DNA of 62,000 nucleotides from contig NC_086097.1 in the NCBI RefSeq assembly GCF_963921235.1, positions 17,918,001 to 17,980,000 on the forward strand, given 5' to 3'. The position numbers and the translations under genes were made by a program. Within the stretch, counting starts at the first letter, position 1. The number at the start of each line of letters is the position of its first letter. Source of the stretch: Mobula hypostoma. Its lineage: Eukaryota. Below, one piece after another: positions 12,217 to 24,933 of this stretch. The notes below the pieces were generated by a model. It saw only the letters and a list, made by a program, of their open reading frames with translations, ran no database searches and was not told where the DNA came from.

Positions 12217-12759
12217 GTAAGTCTGAGCTAATTGTATAATATTGGGTTGATCTAGAACAATAATTTACCCAATGCAAGTGTGTTAGATTAGTAACTCTTC
12301 TCTAAATTAGATTAGGTACTCTTTTATAAGTTTTTCAAACATAAAAAGAGATTTGATATCAAAATCTGTGTTATGTTTAATACATTTTAATTCCTCAAAA
12401 GTAGTGAATTGTAAGCTTCAATGATACCATATGATTATAACTGATGAGTCTCCAGCCTGTAGTTTTTCACCTATTCACTTAAGGAGTGGAAAAACAGTGA
12501 CTGTGCCCATAATTTACTGTGATATGCTTCATGAGTGCTGCTCCCAGCAATACAGTTTTAAATGTATTCTATTTTAATACATTTTGTTAATGTAACATTA
12601 CAGGAAAAAGTTGTTAACTTGTCAAAATGTGCATTCCTAACATATTTGATACTGTTAAGGAATATTTATCAATAACTTATCCGCTGGGTGAGGTATAAAA
12701 TTATTTGATATATAAATCTAAAGGAATTATATTTGTTCTTTTTGTCTCTGTTTCTTTAG

Positions 12760-12900
12760 ACATTGATGAGTGTCAGGATGAAAGTACGTGTGTGAATGGA
12801 GAGTGCGTTAACACACCGGGATCATTTAACTGTTTCTGCAACCCACCACTTACACTGGACATAACACGTAAAAGGTGTATAAATGAGTCAGAATCTGGAG
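12760..12900 (+). CDS. LTBP2: LTBP exon: calcium-binding EGF-like domain
   Basis: TTTAG| (D)[52 protein letters not shown]; 141 nt, phase 1-1; within ORF 12705..12947. Confidence 0.93.
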
Positions 12901-13861
12901 GTAAATACACATTCTTCTGCTGTTTATATTCTGTTGTTGATAATTAGACAGTTTTATGGATATTGTTAATGTAAGTAAATTGTTAGTTGACTACAGGCAA
13001 TATTGAAACCTATATTTTGTCTATGTTACCATATATGCATTATGGCTGCTTGGCACCTTTTTTTTCTATCCTCTTTTACCATGACTAGACAAATCAAGTT
13101 TCACCTGAAAGACAAAGACATGAAATCAGTATTCCAGTCAAGTTTATGCTTGTGGTTTTAAGATATTTGTTATTGACCTTGGATTTTATAGAACATGGAA
13201 ATTTACAGCACCTTACAGGCTCTTCGGCCCACAATGTTCTGCTGACCATATAACCTACTCTAGAGACTGCCTAGAATTTCCCTAGCCTATAGCCCTCTAT
13301 TTTTCTAAGCTCCACGTACATACCTAAGAGGCTCTTAAAAGACCCTATTGTCTCCGCTTCCACCACCACTGGTGGCAGTGCATTCCATGCACCCACCACT
13401 CTCTGTGTGGAAAAACTTACCCATGACACCCCCTCGGTACCTATTTCCAAGCACCTTAAAGCTATGCCCCCTCATGTTAGCCCTCGGAAAAAGGCACTGG
13501 CTATTCACACGATCAATGCCCCTCATCATCTTATACACCTCTATCAGGTCACCTCTCATCCTCCGTCGCTCCGAGGAGAAAAGGCCAAGTTCACTCAAAA
13601 TATTCTCATAAGGTACACCCTCCAATCCAGTCCACATCCTTGAAATCCCCTCTGCTCTCTCTATGGTATCCACATCCTTTCTGTAGTGAGGTGACCAGAA
13701 CTGAACACAGTACTCCAAGTAGGGTCCGACCAAGGTCTTATATAGCAGTAACATTACCTCAATGGCTCTTGAACTCAATCCCATGGTTGATAAATGCCAA
13801 CACACCATACACCTTCTTAACAAAACTGTCAACCTGTGCAGCAACTTTGACTGTCCTTTGA

Positions 13862-15057
13862 CTGGCCTGACCCACTTGGACAGCCCCAACTCTTACGTCT
13901 GAATGTTGTTCATTGACTTTAGTTCAGCATTCAATACTGTGATCCCCTCCAAGCTGATTGCCAAACTTCGCCAGCTTGGTATCAGCTCATCCCTCTTCAA
14001 TTGGACCTTGGACTTTCTGACTAACAGACCCCAATCAGTTAAGTTAGACAACCTCTCCTCCTCCACTCTCACCCTGAACACTGGCATGCCTCAAGGCTGG
14101 GTGCTGAGCCCTCTTCTGTACTCTCTTTTTACCTATGACTGCATTCCTGTACATGGTTCTAACTCCATAATCAAGTTTGCAGATGACACCACGGTGGTTG
14201 GCCTGATCAGAGGGGATGACGAGACAGCCTACAGGGACGAGGTCCAGCACCTGGCCGCGTGGTGTGCCAACAACAACCTGCCCCATAACACCCAGAAGAC
14301 CAAGGAGATCATTGTGGACGTCAGGCATGCTAGGAGCCACACTCACGTCCTCATCTACATCAATGAAGCTGTAGTGGAGCATGTATCAAGCTTCAAGTTC
14401 CTTGGTGTCCACATTTCCGAGGATCTCACCTGATCCCTGAACTCCTCCATCCTGATCAGAAATACGCAATAGCGCCTTTATTTCCTGCGGAGCATCAAGA
14501 AAGCTCACCTCTGTCCCAGGATACTGACAGACTTTTACCGCTGTACCATTGAGAGCATACTCACCAACTGCATCTCAGTGTGGTATGGCAATTGTCCCAT
14601 ATCAGACCGCAAAGCACTCCAACGTGTGGTGAGAACTGCCCAGTGGATTATCGGCACCCAATTGCCCACCATTGAGAACATCTACCATAAACGCTGCCTG
14701 GGCAGGGCGAAAAGCATTATCAAGGATGCATCTCACCCTAACCATGGACTTTTTACTCTCCTCCTATCTGGTAGGCACTACAGGAGCCTCTGCTCCTGCA
14801 CCAGCAGGCACAGAAAGAGCTTCTTCCCTGAGGCTATGACCCTGCTGAACCTCACATCACAGCGCTAAGCAGTATTGCACCCATATTGTACTGTCTCAGT
14901 ACTTCTATATTTGTGTGCTGTAGCACTTACTTTTTATTTGCAGTTATTTTGTAAATAACACTATTCTTTGCATTTCTGGTTAGATGCTAACTGCATTTCA
15001 TTGGCTTTGTATCTGTACTCAGCACAATGACAATAAAGTTGAATCTAATCTAATCTA
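13862..15057 (+). mobile_element. Rex1/Babar-type LINE, 5'-truncated, nested in CR1
   Basis: ORF 13903..14433 [34 protein letters not shown] and ORF 14578..14868 HPNHGLFTLLLSGRHYRS; AATAAA then (AATCT)n tail at about 15032-15057. Confidence 0.9.
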
Positions 15058-15165
15058 ACATGGACCCCAAGAGCTCTCAGATCCTCCACACTGCCAAGAG
15101 TCTTACCATTAATATTATATTCTTTCTTCAAATTTGACCTTCCAAAATGAACCATTTCACACTTA

Positions 15166-15388
15166 AGCAACACACACAAGATGCTGGTGGAACGCACCAG
15201 GCCAGACAGCATCCATAGGAAGAAGCACAGTCAACGTATCAGGCCAAGACCCTGTGTCCTGACGAAGGGTCTCGGCCTGAAGCGTCAACTGTGCTTCTTC
15301 CTATGGATGCTGTCAGGCCTGCTGCGTTCCACCAGCATTTTGTGTGTGTTGCTTGAATTTCCAGCATCTGCAGATTTCCTCGTGTTTG
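15166..15388 (+). mobile_element. Fold-back Penelope-derived mini-element with mutated hammerhead motif
   Basis: Perfect 13-bp TSD CATTTCACACTTA (15153-15165, 15389-15401). Inverted arms at about 15166-15252 and 15266-15353; CTGACGA..GAAGCGTC core. Confidence 0.85.
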
Positions 15389-16898
15389 CATTTCACACTT
15401 ATCTGGGTTGAAGTCCACCTGCCACTTCTCAGCCCAGTTCTGCATCCTATTGATGTCCCGCTGTAACCTCTGACAACCCTCCAGGTTATCCACAACATTT
15501 CCAACCTTTGTGTCATCAGCAAACTTACTAACCCACCCTTCTACTTCTTCATCCAGGTCATTTATAATCATGAAGAAAGGGTCCCAGAACAGATCCCTGT
15601 GGAACACCACTGGTCACCGACCTGCATACAGAATATGAAGCATCTACAACCCCCTTGCCTTCTGTGGGCAAGCCAATTCTGGATCCACAAAGCAAGGTCT
15701 CCTTGGATCCCATGCCTCCTTACTTTCTCAAGGAGCCTTGCACAGGGAACCTTATCAAATGCCTTACTGAAATCCATATACTCTATATCCACTGCTTACT
15801 TTGATCAATGTGTTTTGTTACATCTCAAAGAATTCCATCAGGCTCGTAAGGCACGACCTACCCTTGACAAAGCCATGCTAACTATCCCTAATCAGATTAT
15901 GTCTCTCCAAATGCTCATAAATCCTGCCTCTCAGAATTTTCTCCAACAACTTGCCTATCACCGAAGTCAGACTCACTGGTCTATAATTTCCTGGGTTATC
16001 TCTACTCCTTTTCTTGAACAAAGGAACAACATTTGCAACCCTCCAATCCTCCAGTACTTCTTCTGTCCCTATTGATGATGCAAAGATCATTGCCAGAGGC
16101 TCAGCAATCTCCTCCCTCGCTTCCCACAGTAGCCTGGGGTATATCTCATCTGGTCCTGGTGACTTATCAAACTTAATGCTTTTCAAAAGCTCCAGCACAT
16201 CTTTTTTCTTAATGTCTATATGCTCAAACATTTCAGTCCACTGTAAGACATCCCCACAATCACCAAGGCCTTTTTCGCTGGTGAATACTGAAGTAAATTA
16301 TTTATTAAGTACCTTTGCTACCTCCTCCGACTTCATGCACACATTTCCGCTATTGCACCTGATTGGCCCTATTCCCTCACGGCTCATCCTCTTGCTTCTC
16401 ACATACTTGTAGAATGCCTTGGAGTTTTCCTTAATCCTGCTCACCAAGGCCTTCATATGGCCCCTTCTAGCTCTCCTAATTCTATTCTTAAGCTCCTTTA
16501 TAGCAACCTTGTAATTTTCAAGAGCTCTAACAGTACCTAGTTTCTTGAACCTTTCATAAGCTTTTCTTCTCTTAACTAGATTTTCCACATACTTTGTACA
16601 CCATGGTTCTTTAATGCTACCATCCTTTCCCTGCCTCAATGGAACATACCTATGCAGATCTCCGTGCAAATATTCCCTGAATGTTTGCTACATTTCTGCT
16701 GTGCTTTTCCCTGAAAACATCTGCTCCCAATTTATGTTCCCAAATTCCTAGCTAATAGCATCTTATTTCCCCCACCCCAATTAAATGTTTTCCCAAATTG
16801 TCTGTTCCTATCCCTCTCTAGTGCTATGGCGAAGGAGATATAGTTGTGGTCAATACCACCAAAACGCTTTCCCACCAAGAGATCTGACACCTGACCAG

Positions 16899-17125
16899 CA
16901 ACACACATCAAAGTTGCTGGTGAACGCAGCAGGCCAGGCAGCATCTCTAGGAAGAGGTACAGTCGACGTTTCAGGCCGAGACCCTTCGTCAGGACTAACT
17001 GACGAAGGGTCTCGGCCTGAAACATCGACTGTACCTCTTCCTAAAGATGCTGGCTGACCTGCTGCATTCACCAACAACTTTGATGTGTGTTGCTTGAATT
17101 TCCAGCATCTGCAGAATTCCTCGTG
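16899..17125 (+). mobile_element. Fold-back Penelope-derived mini-element carrying hammerhead ribozyme motifs
   Basis: Perfect 14-bp TSD TGACACCTGACCAG (16885-16898, 17126-17139). Arms of about 95 bp (16897-16992 and 16999-17094) are near-perfect inverted repeats around GACTAA. Confidence 0.88.
16960..16997 (-). ncRNA. Minimal type I hammerhead ribozyme (Penelope-type)
   Basis: The minus strand reads UAGUC CUGACGA AGGGUCUCGGCCU GAAAC GUC GACUG: stem I UAGUC/GACUG, core CUGANGA, stem II AGG/CCU, GAAA, palindromic ACGU in place of stem III, and a GUC cleavage triplet. Confidence 0.75.
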
Positions 17126-18239
17126 TGACACCTGACCAGATTCATTCCTCAATACCAGATCAAGTACAGCCTCTCCTCTAGTTGGCTTATCTGCATATTG
17201 CATCAGGAAAACTTCCTGAACACACCTAACAAATTCAACCCCATCTAAACCCCTTACACTAAGGAGATGCCAATCAATATTAGGAAAGTTAAAATCTCTT
17301 ATCGCAACAACCCTATTATTATTGTACCGATCCAAAATCTGCCTCCCTATCTGCTGCTCAATATCCCTGTTACTATTGGGGGGGTCTATAAAAAAAACAC
17401 CCAGTAGAGTTATTGCCCCTTTCCTGTTTCTGACTTCCATCTACGCTGACTCAGTAGACCATCCCTCCATGACTTCCTCCTTCCGTCATTTCTGCAGTTG
17501 TGACACTATCCCTTATTAGCAATGCCACGCCCCCACCTCTTTTGCCTCCCTCTCTGTTCTTTTTGAAACATCTAAAGCCTGGCACACTCAGCAGCCATTC
17601 CTGTTCCTGAGACATCCAAGTCCCTGTTATGGCTACAACATTATTGTTCCACATATTATCTTTGAAGGGTGGTTCTCAGCAAGAAGGTAACAGAGATGAC
17701 TGCTTAATTTGAGGTCCATTATAATTAACCTCAAGAGTAAGAAATTCAGGGCATTTTTTTCCACAGTTTTCTTCAAATGTATGGTGCACTTCAGAAGGAA
17801 CTATTTTCAATGGATTGATAAGTCAGGGTTAGCACTAGTCTCCCTTTAGTTTGTTTAGTGAATTAGATATACCTACAAGCAGAGGAACCAGACAAAATTG
17901 CACAGGGAGGGAATTATTTTCTGTCTAGCTCCTTCCTTCAACTATTGCTTGTCTATGAAGATTTGACAAGTTGTTCTTGTATCACTCTATCATCAGAGCA
18001 GTAATGGCAGAAGCTTGTAAGAACTTGCATGCCTATCATCTTGGTTGAAGGAAGCATTGCAGAGACTGTAGTATGAGACAGAAAATGAATTTAGAGGTAA
18101 TAGATTGAAGCAAAGAATATAAAAAGCTATTTAAAATTTCCAATCAAAGAGACTTCACACATATTAGCCAAATTTCTAAAGATGCAATTGAAGGTCAATA
18201 ATAAAATATATACATTTTTATGTCACAGCAAATATATAA

Positions 18240-21200
18240 AAACTCTCTGGTCTGAAACTGTAGCACTCAATAACAAGTATACTATTTTGTATACTATTGA
18301 TGGGGGGTGGGGGACCTACAGGAAGAAAACTGCAATGATTAGGTCTGTGGTAACAAGTCTCGCTCTGTGGCTCAGAAGGGAAAGGGGGAAGAGGAGAGCA
18401 GTGTTGATAGGAGATTCAATAGTTAAGGGAACATTGAGGCGATTTTGAGGATGTGAATGAGATTCCCAGATGGTACATTGCCTCCCAGGTGTCAGGGTCA
18501 GAATGTCACGCTTAGGGTTCACAGCATTCTAAAGGGACAGGGTGAGCAGCCAGAAGTTGTGATATGAATTGATACTAATGACATAAGTAGGAAAAAGGAT
18601 GAAGTCCTGAATATAGGGAGCTAGGCAGAAATTTGAAAAGCAGGACCTCAAGGGTAGTAATCTTTGGATTACTGCATCTGCAATGTGCCAGTGAGGGTAA
18701 GAATATGGTGATATGGTTATTAAATTGTGGCTGAAGAATTGGTGCAGGGGGCAGGGTTTCTGATTTGTGGATCATTAGGATTTCTTCCAGGGAAGGTATG
18801 ACATGTACTAAAGGAGAGGAGTTACACATGAACTTGAGAGGAACAATATCCTTGTGGGCAGGTTTCCTCCAGGGCTGTTGGAGTATGGGGACCAGGGTGA
18901 TAGGTCAGGGGATGGAGCAGTTGGTGTAAGGTTAAATGCAGTACATAGGAGACTGTGAGGAAGGATGGACAATGACAGGGCAAGATAGCAGTCAATTAGA
19001 TGGATTGAGATATGTATATTTTAATGCAAGAAGTATCAGGAACAAGGGTGATAAATTTAGAATATGGATCAGTGCATGGAACTGCAATGTTGTGGCCTTT
19101 ACAGGGACTTGGCTGTCAGAAGGGCAAATAAGGCTGCTAGATGATCCAGAGTTTCAATATTTCAAAAAGGACAGGGAGGGAGTTAAAAGAGGTGATGGAG
19201 TGACATTCCTAATCAGAGATAGCATCAGAGCTGCTGAAAGGGAGGATGTCATGGAAGTACTGTCTACTGGCTCAGTGTAGGTGGAAGTCAAAACCAGGAA
19301 GCAAGTAATTACTCCATTGGGAGCATTCTACAGACCTCTCAATAACAAAAGAGACACTATGGAACAGATCGAGAGGAAGATTTTGGAAAGATGCAAAAAT
19401 AACAGGGTTGTTGTTATGGGTGCGTTCAACTTCCCTAATATTCCTCAGGTGTGGCAGGATTTGTTAGGTGTCCAAGAATGATTCCTGACAGAGTATGTAA
19501 ACAGACTAACTAGTGGAGAGGCTATACTGAATCTGGTACCAGCCACTTAGTCAGGTGACAGATCTCTCGATGGGTGACAGGTTTAGGAGCAGAAGGTATG
19601 GGGAAGTATTTAATCGAGGGAGTACATTATAATGCTATTAGGCAGAAACTTGGAAGCATAAATTGGGAACAGATGTACTCAGCAAAATACACCAAGCAAA
19701 TGTGGAGGCTGTTTAGGGAGCATTTGCTGGGGGCTCTGGATAGGATTGTCCTATTGACACAAGGAAAGGAAGGCAGAGTGGAGGAACCATAGTTGACAAG
19801 AGAAATGGGACATCTACTCAAGACAAAGAAGGAAGCATAATTAAGGTTTAGAAATCAAGGATGAGACAGGGTACTTGAGAGTTATAAGGTAGCCAGAAAG
19901 GAGTTTAAAAATGGACTTGGGAAAGCTAGAAGGAGACATGAGAAGGTGAGTAGGATTAAGGAAAACCCCAAGGCATTTTACAGATATGTGAAGACAGGAA
20001 AATTATTAGGGTGAAGGTAGGACTGATTAGGAATAAAAGAGGAAAATGTACTGGAGTTAGAGGAGGTAGAAGAGGTCCTTAATGAATACTTCCTTTCAGT
20101 ATTCACTAGTGAGAGGTACCTTGACAAATATGAGGACAGTGTGGAACAGGTTAATATGCTGGAACACCTTGACATTAAGAAAAAGGATGTGTTCGAACTT
20201 TAGAAAATCATTAGGACACATAACTCCTCAGGGTTTGATGGGATATAGCCCAGGTTAGTAGTAGTCATAGTCATACTTTATTAATCCCGGGGGAAATTGG
20301 TTTTCGTTACAGTTGCACCACAAATAATTAAATAGTAATAAAACCATAAATAATTAAATAGTAATATGTAAATTATGCCAGGAAATAAGTCCAGGACTAG
20401 CCGATTGGCTCAGGGTGTCTGACCCTCCAAGGGAGGAGTTGAAAAGTTTGATGGCCACAGGCAGGAATGACTTCCTATGATGCTCTGTGTTGCATCTCGG
20501 TGGAATGAGTCTCTGGCTGAAAGTACTCCTGTGCCCAACCAGTACATTATGTAATGGATGGGAGACATTGTCCAAGATGGCATGCAATTTGGACAGCATC
20601 CTCTTTTCAGACACTACCGTCAGAGAATCCAGTTCCAACCCCACAACATCACTGGCCTTACGAATGAGATTGTTGATTCTGTTGGTGTCTGCTACCCTCA
20701 GCCTGCTGCCCCAGCACACAACAGCAAACATGATCGCACTGGCCACCACAGACTCGTAGAACATCCTCAGCATCGTCCGGCAGATGTTAAAGGACCTCAG
20801 TCTCCTCAGGAAATAGAGACGGCTCTGACTCTTCTTGTAGACAGCCTCAGTGTTCTTAGACCAGTCCAGTTTATTGTCAATTCGTATCCCCAGGTATTTG
20901 TAATCCTCCACCATGTCCACACTGACCCCTTGGATGGAAACAGGGGTCACCGGTACCTTAGCTCTCCTCAGGTCTACCACCAGCTCCTTAGTCTTTTTCA
21001 CATTAAGCTGCAGATAATTCTGCTCACACCATGTGACAAAGTTTCTTACCATAGCCCTGTACTCAGCCTCATCTCCCTTGCTGATGCATCCAACTATGGC
21101 AGAGTCATCAGAAAACTTCTGAAGATGACAAGACTCTGTGCAGTAATTGAAGTCCGAGGTGTAAATGGTAAAGAGAAAGGGAGACAAGACAGTCCCCTGT

Positions 21201-22050
21201 GGAGCCCCAATACTGCTGATCACTCTGTCAGACACACAGTGTTGCAAGCACACGTACTGTGGTCTGCCAGTCAGGTAATCAAGAATCCATGACACCAGGA
21301 AAGCATCCACCTGCATCGCTGTCAGCTTCTTCCCCCAGCAGAGCAGGGCAGATAGTGTTGAACACACTGGAGAAGTCAAAAAACATGACCCTCACAGTGG
21401 TCTCTGGCTTGTCCAGGTGGGCGTAGACACGGTTCAGCAGGTAGATCAACTCCTAGTCGGGGCTGGTAGACGAACTGGAGGGGATCTAAGTGTGGCCTGA
21501 CCATAGGCCGGAGCAACTCCAGAACAAGTCTCTCCAGGCTCTTCATGATGTGGGAGGTCAATGCCACTGGTCTGTAGTCATTGAGGCCGCTGGGATATTA
21601 TATATCACTATTATAGGAAACGAGGGAAGAGATTGCTCCACCTTTTCATCCTCACTGACCACATGAGAGGCACCAGAAGACTGGAGGGTGGCAAATAGTA
21701 TTCATTTGATCAAGAAAGGTAATAGAGTTAACCTGAGGAATTATAGTCTTATGCCAGAGGTGGGCAAACTATTGGAGAGGATTCTCAGAGACAAGATTTA
21801 CAAGCATTTGGAGAAGCTTGTAAAGTATTTAAAGAGTCAGATATAGTTTTTTTTTTACACAGAATGGTAGTTGTGTTGAATGGGCTGCCGGGGTGATGGT
21901 AGAGGCAGATTCATTAGGGACATTTGAAAGACTCTTAGATAGGCACATAGATGAAATTAAACCTGATTGATCTTAAAGTAGGTTAAAAGTTCAGCACAAC
22001 ATCATGAGCTGAAGGGCCTGTACTATGCAGTACTGTTCTGTATTCTAGGT
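18240..22050 (+). mobile_element. Old CR1 LINE including ORF1 esterase-like region and ORF2, split by Rex1/Babar
   Basis: AVLIGDSIVKG (GDS/SGNH-like ORF1 motif, ORF 18182..18448), VYFNARSIRNK (18936..19280), FYRPLN..GAFNFP (19281..19481). Resumes at about 21593, with a 3' end near 22050. Confidence 0.85.
20256..21590 (-). mobile_element. Rex1/Babar-type LINE, 5'-truncated, fairly young
   Basis: 341-aa ORF 20354..21379 (GAPQGTVLSPFLFTIYT, KFSDD, YKYLG, QSRLYFLRRL) plus ORF 21376..21567 (ALTSHIMKSLERL, DPLQF); AATAAA and (ATGACT)n tail near 20256-20283. Confidence 0.92.
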
Positions 22051-22059
22051 TTGTTTTGG

Positions 22060-23300
22060 GTAGGACAGTATTGTGTCTTTATTTAAGAAGGACTGTAACC
22101 CAGGGAATTACAAGCCAATAAGCCTCACACTAGTGGCAGGAAAGTTACTGGAGAGGATTTAGAGAGGCAGGATCTATATTAATTTGAAAGGGCAATACTA
22201 ATTATGAATAATCACCATAGATTTGCACATGAGAAATTGTGTATCATGAACTTGATTGAGTTTGTTGAAGGAGTGACCAAGAGTATTGACAAGAACAGGA
22301 TTTAAATGTTGTCTACATGGATTTTCACAACATCCTGTGTGGTAGGCTGGTCTGGCAGATTAGATCACATGGGATCCAATGTGAGCCAATGGAAAACAAA
22401 ATTAGCTTGCTGGAAGGAATCAGGATGATAGTGGAGAGTTGTGTATTAGGTTAGAGGCCTGAGACCATTGGAGTACTGCAGGGATCAGTGCTGGATCCCT
22501 TGTTGTTTGTCACATAGTATATATTAATGATAGTGTAGTTGCCATGGTTAGTAAGTTCACAGTGATGCCAAAATTGGTGGTGATACATTAGACGGTGAAG
22601 AAGGTCTTCTAAGATTATAGCAGGATCTAGATCAACTGGGAAAGTGGGCAAAGGAATAGCAGTTGGAACTTAACTCAGACAAGAGCAAAGGGATGTATTT
22701 TGGGAAGTTAAACCAGGGCAGGACATAACAGTGAATGACAGAATCCTGAAGAACATTTCAGACGTTGGGATAAAAGTACATTGTTCCCAGAAAATAGTTA
22801 TGCAGCCAGACAAGGCAGTGGAGAAGACACACAATGTACTTTCCTTTATACCTTGGAACCTTGAATACAAAAGTTGGGATGTCATGTTACAGCTTTACAA
22901 GACATTGGTGCAACCACACTCAGAGTATTTTGTGTAGTTCTAGTCACCATTCTGTAGGAAGGATATGATCAAGCTCCAGAGAGTGCAGAAAAGATTCACA
23001 AGGATGTTGCCGAGACAGGGGACTTGAGTTATAAGGAGAGACCAGCAAGGCTGGGACTGATAGGAACCTTATTGAAGTTCATAAAATCTTGCATCTTTAA
23101 GATGGATGCTCACAGTTATTTTCTGCCAGAGTAGAGAAGTTTAAAACAGGTGGACATTGGTCTAAGGAGAGAGTGGAAAGATTTAAAGCAGACCTGAGGG
23201 GCAAATATTTCACACAGAGGATAGTAGGTATGTGGAAGGAACTGCCAGACAAAGTGGCAAAGATGAAAAGACAATTGGACAGGTACATAGATATGGAAGG
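22060..23300 (+). mobile_element. Old CR1 LINE RT-to-3' fragment
   Basis: ORFs 22731..22937 (EYKSWDVMLQLYKTLV) and 23173..23355 (YFTQRIVGMWKELP). Confidence 0.8.
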
Positions 23301-23307
23301 TTTAGAG

Positions 23308-23364
23308 CAGGGATTCCCAACCTGGATCCATGTCCATGACATAAAAAGAGGTTAGGAAGCCCTG
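23308..23364. mobile_element. 57-bp hAT/Charlie-type MITE
   Basis: 16-bp imperfect TIRs CAGGGATTCCCAACCT / AGGTTAGGAAGCCCTG; 8-bp flanks GTTTAGAG / GTTTGGAG (7/8), the TSD length typical of hAT. Confidence 0.75.
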
Positions 23365-23560
23365 GTTTGGAGGGGCACAAAAACAAGGTTAAACTTTAAT
23401 CATAGGAATTGAATTTATGAACAAAAAATGAATACAGAAATCAAGTTTGAAGTAGTGTATTTGAAATGAATGGCATTAAAGAATCACCTGCCATGAGGTA
23501 ACAAATGTTTTGGTGCTTCAAGTGCTTGGTGATTCAAGTGTTCATATTATTGCTTTTAAA

Positions 23561-24275
23561 GCAATACACACAGAATACTGGAGGAATTCAGACAGCTTCT
23601 ATGGAAATTAATAAACAGTCAATATTTTGGACCGAGACCATTCTTCAAGACTTGAAAGAAAGGTAGAAGATGCCAGAATATAAAGGTGGAGAAAGGGGAA
23701 GGAAGATAGCTCGAAGGTGATAGGTGAAGCCAGTTAGGTAGGAAAGATAAAGAGCTGGAGAGGAAGGAATCTGACAGGAGAAAAGAGTGAGACATAAGGG
23801 AAAGGGAAAGAGGAGGGAACCCAGGGGGAAGTGATAGGCAAAGAAAAGGCAAGAGGTTAGAGTGGGGAATAGAAGAAAAAGGAGGAGGGGAGAGGGAGCA
23901 AATTTGTTTTTTAGCAGAACGAGAAATTGATATTCATGCCAACAGGTCGGAGGTTATCCAGGCAGAATATAAGATGTTGCTCCTCCACCCAGAGTGTGGC
24001 CTTTTCTTAGCACAAGAGGAGGCCATGGACCAACATGTTGGAACAGGAATAGGAATCAGAATTAAAATTTATGGCCACCGGGAAGTTCTGTTTTTGGCAG
24101 GTGGAATAGAGGTGCTCACCGAAGTGGTCTCGCTGATGTAGAGGAGGCTGCATCGGGAGCACCGGACATAATAGATGACCCCAGCAGATTCGCGGGTCAA
24201 GTGTTGACTCACCTGGAAGGACTGTTTTGGGTCCTGTATGGAGGTGAGGGAGGAGGTAAATGGCATGTGTAGCAC
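23561..24275 (-). mobile_element. Penelope-like element 3' part (GIY-YIG endonuclease remnant, purine/pyrimidine tract, terminal repeat)
   Basis: ORF 24069..24275 has VIYYVRCSRCSLLYISET (GIY-YIG with CxxC). It is followed by the same terminus as the mini-elements, with a decayed hammerhead at about 23616-23652. Confidence 0.85.
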
Positions 24276-24933
24276 TTCAGTTTTTTAAATGTTGCTATTT
24301 GTGTTCCATTAGTGTTTTATAGACCAAACTGGTGTGATGTTCCTATGTCACTCTGGGAATGGCTAATATGATTGACTGCTGCTTCACATGAGCACTAATT
24401 ACACAATGTAAATTAGAAATTAAATGATACAATTTTTGTTTTATCAGTTAATTCTGAGTCAGAACTGTGGACACCAGAAGAATCAAGTTTCAGTTCCATT
24501 ACATATAACTACACCAGAAGTATTTTATTGATTGCTAAAAATACCAATAATAGTATATTTGTTTTAATCTGTTAGAAATGTAAAGCTGTCTGTGAAAGAA
24601 GCTAAATACAAGCAGAGGACATAATAGTAGTACAAAAGTAAACTGCTGGTGGAATTCATCCGGTCAAGCAGCTTCTCTTATAACTCCAACATAACATAGC
24701 TAAGCCACCTCGTTTGTAAAATTGGGTTACCCTGAATGCATCTGACAACATGATAGAATATTACTGACAGTATAGTATAATTTCATGATATGCTAACATT
24801 TGCAATGCTCCATTGTAGCAAGTGCATGATCAGATTTATGCTTATACTGTATTTATTTTATAAATGTCTGGCATTAATCTAGCATTCTTACCCAATTTGA
24901 GGACAATGTAATTTGTATTAATTCTATCCGTAG

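Larger units (their letters stand above)
13187..17655 (-). mobile_element. CR1 LINE, nearly complete decayed ORF2, with three nested insertions
   Basis: ORFs 17451..17654, 16850..17440, 16298..16669, 15878..16231, 15568..15792, 15239..15610 and 13335..13889 are collinear from endonuclease to C-terminus; 3' tail near 13187. Confidence 0.92.

Noticed and set aside
16897..17094. Long hairpin as a pre-miRNA or DNA-transposon MITE
   Set aside because: The 14-bp TSD, asymmetric tail, hammerhead motif and homology to GIY-YIG-linked termini point to a Penelope-like origin. Small-RNA production is not excluded but has no evidence here.
16850..17440. ORF with a repeated VDVSGRDPSS / EGSRPETSTVPLP peptide on both strands
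   Set aside because: Translation through the palindromic non-coding mini-element inside a CR1 endonuclease.
20558..21292. 244-aa + strand ORF and similar antisense ORFs (e.g. 60592..61278, 39864..40439)
   Set aside because: Shadow frames opposite retroelement RT genes; no independent motifs.
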